DNA of 64,000 bases from the IMG/VR virus record IMGVR_UViG_3300010370_000029, positions 1-64,000 of that record. The stretch is one strand, 5' to 3'. The stretch comes from a virus. The notes below the pieces were generated by a model. That model was not told where the DNA came from. It worked only from the letters and a program-made list of their open reading frames with translations, and searched no databases. Shown here in pieces: positions 58,955-64,000 of this stretch (its first letter is position 1; the number at the start of each line of letters is the position of its first letter). The translations under genes and the position numbers were made by a program.

Positions 58955-59694
58955 ACAAATTACCTATCGGATTAGGCATATTAGCTTGGCGGTCTGGACA
59001 AACGCTTATTGATACTCTAGCGACCTATCACGAAAATGGATTGTTTACGATGGTGGAAGATGCAGTAATCTTATTTCAAGAGTTCTCTGAAACTGATAAG
59101 ATGATTGCGGAACACTTTGAGGTACGGTATATTCCATTAGAAAATAACATCGGTATAGGAAAGGGATTTATTGAACTAGCTAAGAACACCAATCAGCCGT
59201 ATTTTATGACATTGGAGCATGATTGGAATCTTATCGAAAACTTTATTACAACATTCGGTCGGCTACAATCTGGTATACACTTACTACAGAACGGATTTGA
59301 TTGTGTACGGTATCGGCATCGAAAGTCTCCTGGATTCCCGCACTTCAGTTTCCGTCATCAAGGAAATGAACTCACATACTACGATGAAGAGATTGGATGT
59401 ACCTCTCCGCATCTATTAGACGCAGTACATTGGACAGAACATCCTAACGTTGCATTCTCTCCACTAATTGATAAACAAGAAGAGTACTATACTACAACAA
59501 GTAGATATGGTAACTGGACTAATAATCCATGCTTGTACAGTACGCAATTTTATATGGACACGGTTTCTCAGTTCTCTGGCGATGGTATTGCTCTCGAAGG
59601 TAACATCTCTAAATGGTGGGCACAACAACAATTCAAGGTTGCTCACGGAGAGGGGTTGTTTATGCATCTGGATAAAGTAAAGTATGGCAGATAA
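58951..59694 (+). CDS. GT-A-like glycosyltransferase
   Basis: NIGIG.G, LEHDW, WTNNPCLY. Confidence 0.65.
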   Translation: MNKLPIGLGILAWRSGQTLIDTLATYHENGLFTMVEDAVILFQEFSETDKMIAEHFEVRYIPLENNIGIGKGFIELAKNTNQPYFMTLEHDWNLIENFITTFGRLQSGIHLLQNGFDCVRYRHRKSPGFPHFSFRHQGNELTYYDEEIGCTSPHLLDAVHWTEHPNVAFSPLIDKQEEYYTTTSRYGNWTNNPCLYSTQFYMDTVSQFSGDGIALEGNISKWWAQQQFKVAHGEGLFMHLDKVKYGR

Positions 59695-60370
59695 ACGTAT
59701 AGCATTAATATTGTCTGGTAAGTCTCGGAGTGGAATGTTCTGTTTTCCGTATATCTACGACGCCTTCTTAAACAACAATTATAATGTAGATGTGTTCGTT
59801 CACACGTGGGATGATTATCGGGTATTGGACTTATATAAACCAAAGCAAATATTGATTGAACGTAATGAACAAGAAATTTTAGAATACTTGTTTCGGCAAT
59901 TAACGTTATCAAACACTATGAGTTTTGAAGGAAGAATTGACAACGTTTTGCTAATGTATTATTCTTTAAAGCGGTCATTCGATATTATTGATGAACCATA
60001 TGATTATGTAATTCGTAGCAGATTCGATGTCATTATTCAAGATAAATTTAATATCGAACCAATCATTACCGAATTAGAAGAAGATAAATATGACATCTTC
60101 ATTCCAGATGAAGTGTTTAATTTCGGTGGATATCAAGATAGAGTAGCAATTGGTAAGTTCGAAGCAATGAAAACATATTGCGATACCATAGTAAATATCA
60201 ACAGTATTGCTACCAGCATCAATCGGTGGCACCCAGAAACTTTCTTAAAGCACCAACTAGATTCAGAACAAATTCGAGTAATGCAGCGTGATATCAATCA
60301 CCGACTAGTACGTAGTAGTAGTGTTGTTACCAATTGGCCAGAAAATCCATTTAAATTCTTAGATTTATAA
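59684..60370 (+). CDS. Putative glycosyltransferase (paralogue of 62359-63066)
   Basis: IALILSG..R, DVFVHTW, YDYVIRSRFD. Confidence 0.55.
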   Translation: MADKRIALILSGKSRSGMFCFPYIYDAFLNNNYNVDVFVHTWDDYRVLDLYKPKQILIERNEQEILEYLFRQLTLSNTMSFEGRIDNVLLMYYSLKRSFDIIDEPYDYVIRSRFDVIIQDKFNIEPIITELEEDKYDIFIPDEVFNFGGYQDRVAIGKFEAMKTYCDTIVNINSIATSINRWHPETFLKHQLDSEQIRVMQRDINHRLVRSSSVVTNWPENPFKFLDL

Positions 60371-60381
60371 TTGAGGGAAGT

Positions 60382-60993
60382 ATGAAAGTAAAAATCGATG
60401 TCGGTGCAAATAGAGGCGCAGAAACAAAAGAGATGGCAGCAGATGGGTCAATCGTTTATGCGTTTGAACCAACGTGGGAATTAATTACACAACATTTATG
60501 GCCACTTTCTTTTGAGAACTCTAATATTAGAATCATACCATTTGCAGTAGATGTGGAAAATTCATTTAAGAAGTTCAATGTTGCTGGATTTGGAGATTGG
60601 GGCTGCAGTAGCTTGCATGATTTTGCAAAGGACATTCATCAGAAGTGGCCCGACCGCCCAGACTTTCAAGTGACACATGCATATATTGTTCCGACGATAA
60701 CCCTATTCGATTTCTGTACATTGTATCAAATTGATGAGATTGATGAATTGCATATTGATGCACAAGGTAATGATTTGAATGTTTTAAAGAGTCTGGGAAG
60801 TAAGGTCGATATAGTAAAGCAAGGCGTGGTTGAGGCAGCTAATGCGGTCAACCTTTACGACAACGTAAACAATCGAATCGAAGATGTCAGAAAGTTTTTA
60901 ACTGACAACGGGTTTGAAATTTATAGTGAAACTCAAAATGATTGGTTATCTGCTGAGATGAACGTACACTTTAAGAGGAAGTCTCATGACTAA
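60382..60993 (+). CDS. FkbM-family methyltransferase
   Basis: IDVGANRG, YAFEP, SSL, LHIDAQGND..VL. Confidence 0.85.
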   Translation: MKVKIDVGANRGAETKEMAADGSIVYAFEPTWELITQHLWPLSFENSNIRIIPFAVDVENSFKKFNVAGFGDWGCSSLHDFAKDIHQKWPDRPDFQVTHAYIVPTITLFDFCTLYQIDEIDELHIDAQGNDLNVLKSLGSKVDIVKQGVVEAANAVNLYDNVNNRIEDVRKFLTDNGFEIYSETQNDWLSAEMNVHFKRKSHD

Positions 60994-62353
60994 ATTAATT
61001 ATATTTGATTTGGATGGGGTATTAGTAGAAGCGAAAGAGATTCATTATGAAACTCTAAATTCTGCTATTGTTGATGTGACCGGCAATTCTAATATGGCAA
61101 TTTCGTGGGATGAGCATCTCTCAACATATGACGGATTAAAAACTAATGAGAAGCTAGAAATGCTCACCGAACGGAAGCAGTTAGACTCATCATTCCATAA
61201 GCAAATTTGGGAACGTAAGCAAAAGTACACGCTAGACGCATTATCTGACCTCCCACAAGATAAACGGCTCCAAGAGATATTCGCTTCATTAAAATCTGAC
61301 GGATATATGACTGCATGCTGTTCGAACTCTATTCGTCGGTCTGTATTGACGATGTTATCCAAACTAGGATTAATAGAGTATATGGACTTAATCATTTCTA
61401 ATGAAGATGTCAAAAACAGCAAGCCTCATCCAGAAATGTACTGGAAAGCGATGAGTATGATGGGTGTTCTTCCAGAAGAAACGTTAATAGTTGAAGATTC
61501 TCCTCCTGGGTTATTAGCGGCATCCAGAAGTCGTGCAAATATATTAAGAGTAAATAACCCGCGTGACTTGACAAAAGAAAAATTATATGATAAGTTACAA
61601 GAGAAGAAGTCTTTTACAATTCCTAAATGGCAAGGTGGTAAGATGAACGTATTAATTCCAATGGCAGGTGCAGGTAGTAGATTCCAACAGGCCGGCTATA
61701 CATTTCCAAAACCCTTAATTGATGTTCGTGGAAAGCCAATGATTCAAGTGGTTGCTGAGAACTTGAATATTGACGCCACATTTATTTATGTGGTGCAAAA
61801 GGAACATCGTGAGAAGTATAATCTTGATACGTTACTCAATCTCATTACACCAAATTGCAAAATTGTGGAAGTGAATGGCATGACCGAGGGCGCGGCATGT
61901 ACTACCTTACTCGCCAAAGAACACATCAATACAGATGAACCCTTATTGATGGCAAACTCCGACCAGTTTGTTGAGTGGGATTCTAACGAGTTTATGTACA
62001 AGATGGTGGAACAAAACCTTGATGGGGGTATTGTAACATTTAGAGCTACCCACCCTAAGTGGTCATTTGCTAAGGTGGATTCCCAAGGGTATGTGACCGA
62101 AGTTGCCGAAAAGAATCCCATTTCGGATATAGCGACGGTTGGTATCTATTATTGGAAGCGGGGGTCTGATTACGTAAAGTTTGCCGAACAGATGATTGAA
62201 AAGAACATTCGAGTAAATAACGAATTCTATGTCTGCCCCGTGTTCAACCAGGCACTTGAATCTGGTTTGAAGGTTAAGCCATTTGATGTACCCAAAATGT
62301 GGGGACTCGGAACCCCAGAAGATTTGAAGTATTTCTTAGAAAACCAGCAGTAA
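60986..62353 (+). CDS. HAD phosphatase fused to sugar-phosphate nucleotidyltransferase
   Basis: FDLDGVL, KPHPE, VEDS; MNVLIPMAGAGSRF...PKPLI, EK.PIS..ATVG.YY, GLGTPEDL. Confidence 0.88.
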   Translation: MTKLIIFDLDGVLVEAKEIHYETLNSAIVDVTGNSNMAISWDEHLSTYDGLKTNEKLEMLTERKQLDSSFHKQIWERKQKYTLDALSDLPQDKRLQEIFASLKSDGYMTACCSNSIRRSVLTMLSKLGLIEYMDLIISNEDVKNSKPHPEMYWKAMSMMGVLPEETLIVEDSPPGLLAASRSRANILRVNNPRDLTKEKLYDKLQEKKSFTIPKWQGGKMNVLIPMAGAGSRFQQAGYTFPKPLIDVRGKPMIQVVAENLNIDATFIYVVQKEHREKYNLDTLLNLITPNCKIVEVNGMTEGAACTTLLAKEHINTDEPLLMANSDQFVEWDSNEFMYKMVEQNLDGGIVTFRATHPKWSFAKVDSQGYVTEVAEKNPISDIATVGIYYWKRGSDYVKFAEQMIEKNIRVNNEFYVCPVFNQALESGLKVKPFDVPKMWGLGTPEDLKYFLENQQ

Positions 62354-62358
62354 TTTGT

Positions 62359-63066
62359 ATGAAAGTAGCATTACTGTTGTCAGGGTTAGCCCGTAAGGTA
62401 GAAGATGGATATAATGCAACGTGGAAGCATGTTATAGAAAATTATGACACCGATGTTTATCTACACGCATGGAAAGATGAGGAATGGGAAAGGGTACCAC
62501 AGATATACGACAACAAGGTGAAATCATTACAAATACAAGACCCATTCAAATTTACCCATTTTAAGCAAGGTATTTCATTACCACACAAAGATACATCAAG
62601 ACCGCTTCCACAATACGATGTGATGAGTTGTTTTAGACAGTTCCCTATGGTCTATAGTTGGCAAAAGACATATCAGAATCTATATGACACAAATATTTCA
62701 TACGATTTTGTTATACGGAGTCGGTATGATATGGGAGTAAATAGTCCGATTGATTTACATTTGCTTGACAACGACTTAATATATCACGGACTTGGTGGGG
62801 CACATTACGATGACAATCTCTGCATAGCAAATCATATGCACTCAGAAATATTATTCCATAATGTATTTGATAAATTAATAGAATATTCTAGAGAAACTGG
62901 AATTTTAAATAGTGCAGAATCAAGCTGGACTATGATACTCAATAGAGCTGGACTACTTGATAAAGTACGTTCAACCCATCTACTGGCATTCAAATTGTTT
63001 AGAGATAACTGGTTATGGTGGGGCGATGAGAATGGAAATATAATTTCGGAAAGGAAACTTACCTAA
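62359..63066 (+). CDS. Putative glycosyltransferase (paralogue of 59684-60370)
   Basis: VALLLSGLAR, DVYLHAW, YDFVIRSRYD. Confidence 0.55.
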   Translation: MKVALLLSGLARKVEDGYNATWKHVIENYDTDVYLHAWKDEEWERVPQIYDNKVKSLQIQDPFKFTHFKQGISLPHKDTSRPLPQYDVMSCFRQFPMVYSWQKTYQNLYDTNISYDFVIRSRYDMGVNSPIDLHLLDNDLIYHGLGGAHYDDNLCIANHMHSEILFHNVFDKLIEYSRETGILNSAESSWTMILNRAGLLDKVRSTHLLAFKLFRDNWLWWGDENGNIISERKLT

Positions 63067-63085
63067 GCTTAAGAGAAAACAGATT

Positions 63086-64000
63086 ATGGTATCAAACAAT
63101 ATCCCTTTATTTAAAGTTTGGATGAACCCACTAGCGAAAGAAGAAGTCGCAAAGGTATTAGACAGTGGATACATTGGACAGGGCCCTAAGGTCGATGAAT
63201 TTGAAGAACAACTTCGTCAGTACTTGGGGGTCGAGCATTTAGTTACACTGAACTCTGGTACATCTGGACTACATTTAGCGTTACATATGTTAAAGCAACC
63301 ATACGTGCTGGTAGACGGATATAGTGAAATTGATTGGCCGGGATTGAATGTCGGTGATGAAGTACTTACCACCTCGTTGACCTGTACCGCTACAAACTTT
63401 CCGATATTAGCCAACGGGTTAAATATTAAATGGGTTGACCTCGACCCGACTACGTTGAATATGGACTTGGATGATTTGGAACGTAAGCTCTCTCCAACCA
63501 CCAAAGTAATCATAGCCATGCATTGGGGAGGATACCCATTAGATTTGGACAGATTACAACTTATCAAGAAAAAGTGTAAAGAGAAGTTTGGGTTCTCACC
63601 AGTTATTTTACAAGACTGTGCTCATGCGATGGGTTCTTTATATAAGAACAAGAGTCTCGCAACTTACGGTGACTTAACTATGTACAGTCTCCAAGCTATT
63701 AAGCATATAACATCGGTGGATGGTGGTATCTTAGTAGTTCCTCCTCACTTGAATAAGCGGGCACGGCTTTTACGTTGGTATGGAATTGACCGTGATGAAA
63801 AGGGACGTACGGATTTTAGATGCGAGGCAGATATCCCAGAGTGGGGATTCAAGTTCCATATGAATGACGTATGTGCTACTGTTGGTATGGCAAACTTACA
63901 AGATGTAAATCATATTGTCGATACCCATAAGAGTAACGCAAAATACTACGACACAAATCTTTCGGATGTCTCTGGAGTGACGACCTTAACTAGACATCCA
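63086..64000 (+). CDS. DegT/DnrJ/EryC1 sugar aminotransferase, truncated by the window end (not in ORF track)
   Basis: MVSNNIPLFKV..., SGYIGQGPKVDEFE, NSGTSGLHLA, HWGG.P, QDCAH, SLQAIKHITSVDGG. Confidence 0.9.
   Translation, partial: MVSNNIPLFKVWMNPLAKEEVAKVLDSGYIGQGPKVDEFEEQLRQYLGVEHLVTLNSGTSGLHLALHMLKQPYVLVDGYSEIDWPGLNVGDEVLTTSLTCTATNFPILANGLNIKWVDLDPTTLNMDLDDLERKLSPTTKVIIAMHWGGYPLDLDRLQLIKKKCKEKFGFSPVILQDCAHAMGSLYKNKSLATYGDLTMYSLQAIKHITSVDGGILVVPPHLNKRARLLRWYGIDRDEKGRTDFRCEADIPEWGFKFHMNDVCATVGMANLQDVNHIVDTHKSNAKYYDTNLSDVSGVTTLTRHP

Noticed and set aside
1-64000. Stop-codon reassignment
   Set aside because: Conserved genes are full length in code 11, and TAA, TGA and TAG all end genes at sensible boundaries.

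Overview
A 64 kb piece of a large, distantly T4-like (myovirus-type) bacteriophage genome. All credible genes lie on the + strand in standard code 11. Layout: (1) 0-11.3 kb, a collagen-like tail fibre with an S74 chaperone, two 2OG-Fe(II) oxygenases, three glycosyltransferases and small collagen-containing virion proteins; (2) 11.3-22 kb, a HARP/SNF2 helicase and tail/baseplate genes (gp26-like, tape measure, tube initiator, LysM, hub fused to a DUF2272-like hydrolase); (3) 22-34.4 kb, replication and nucleotide genes (minimal PolA-like protein, gp32, RecA, 5' exonuclease, helicase, class II RNR, two thioredoxins, dUTPase, PolB); (4) an intact Oar-type TonB-dependent outer-membrane transporter; (5) a ligase, small ORFs and a 119-nt tRNA-like RNA with no normal anticodon arm; (6) 41-50 kb, clamp and clamp-loader genes interleaved with two Mom-like GNATs, a DruA/DUF4338-like protein coupled to a GT-B glycosyltransferase, and a DUF262-HNH nuclease, a candidate new DNA-modification system; (7) 51-64 kb, a Cas4-like nuclease, a frameshifted TrmH-like methyltransferase, a phosphoesterase and a long glycan-synthesis cluster running off the end. 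Two promoter classes are visible: TTGACA-17-TAnnnT and a recurrent TAYTTAT motif. All family assignments come from motif recognition by eye; no database search was run.
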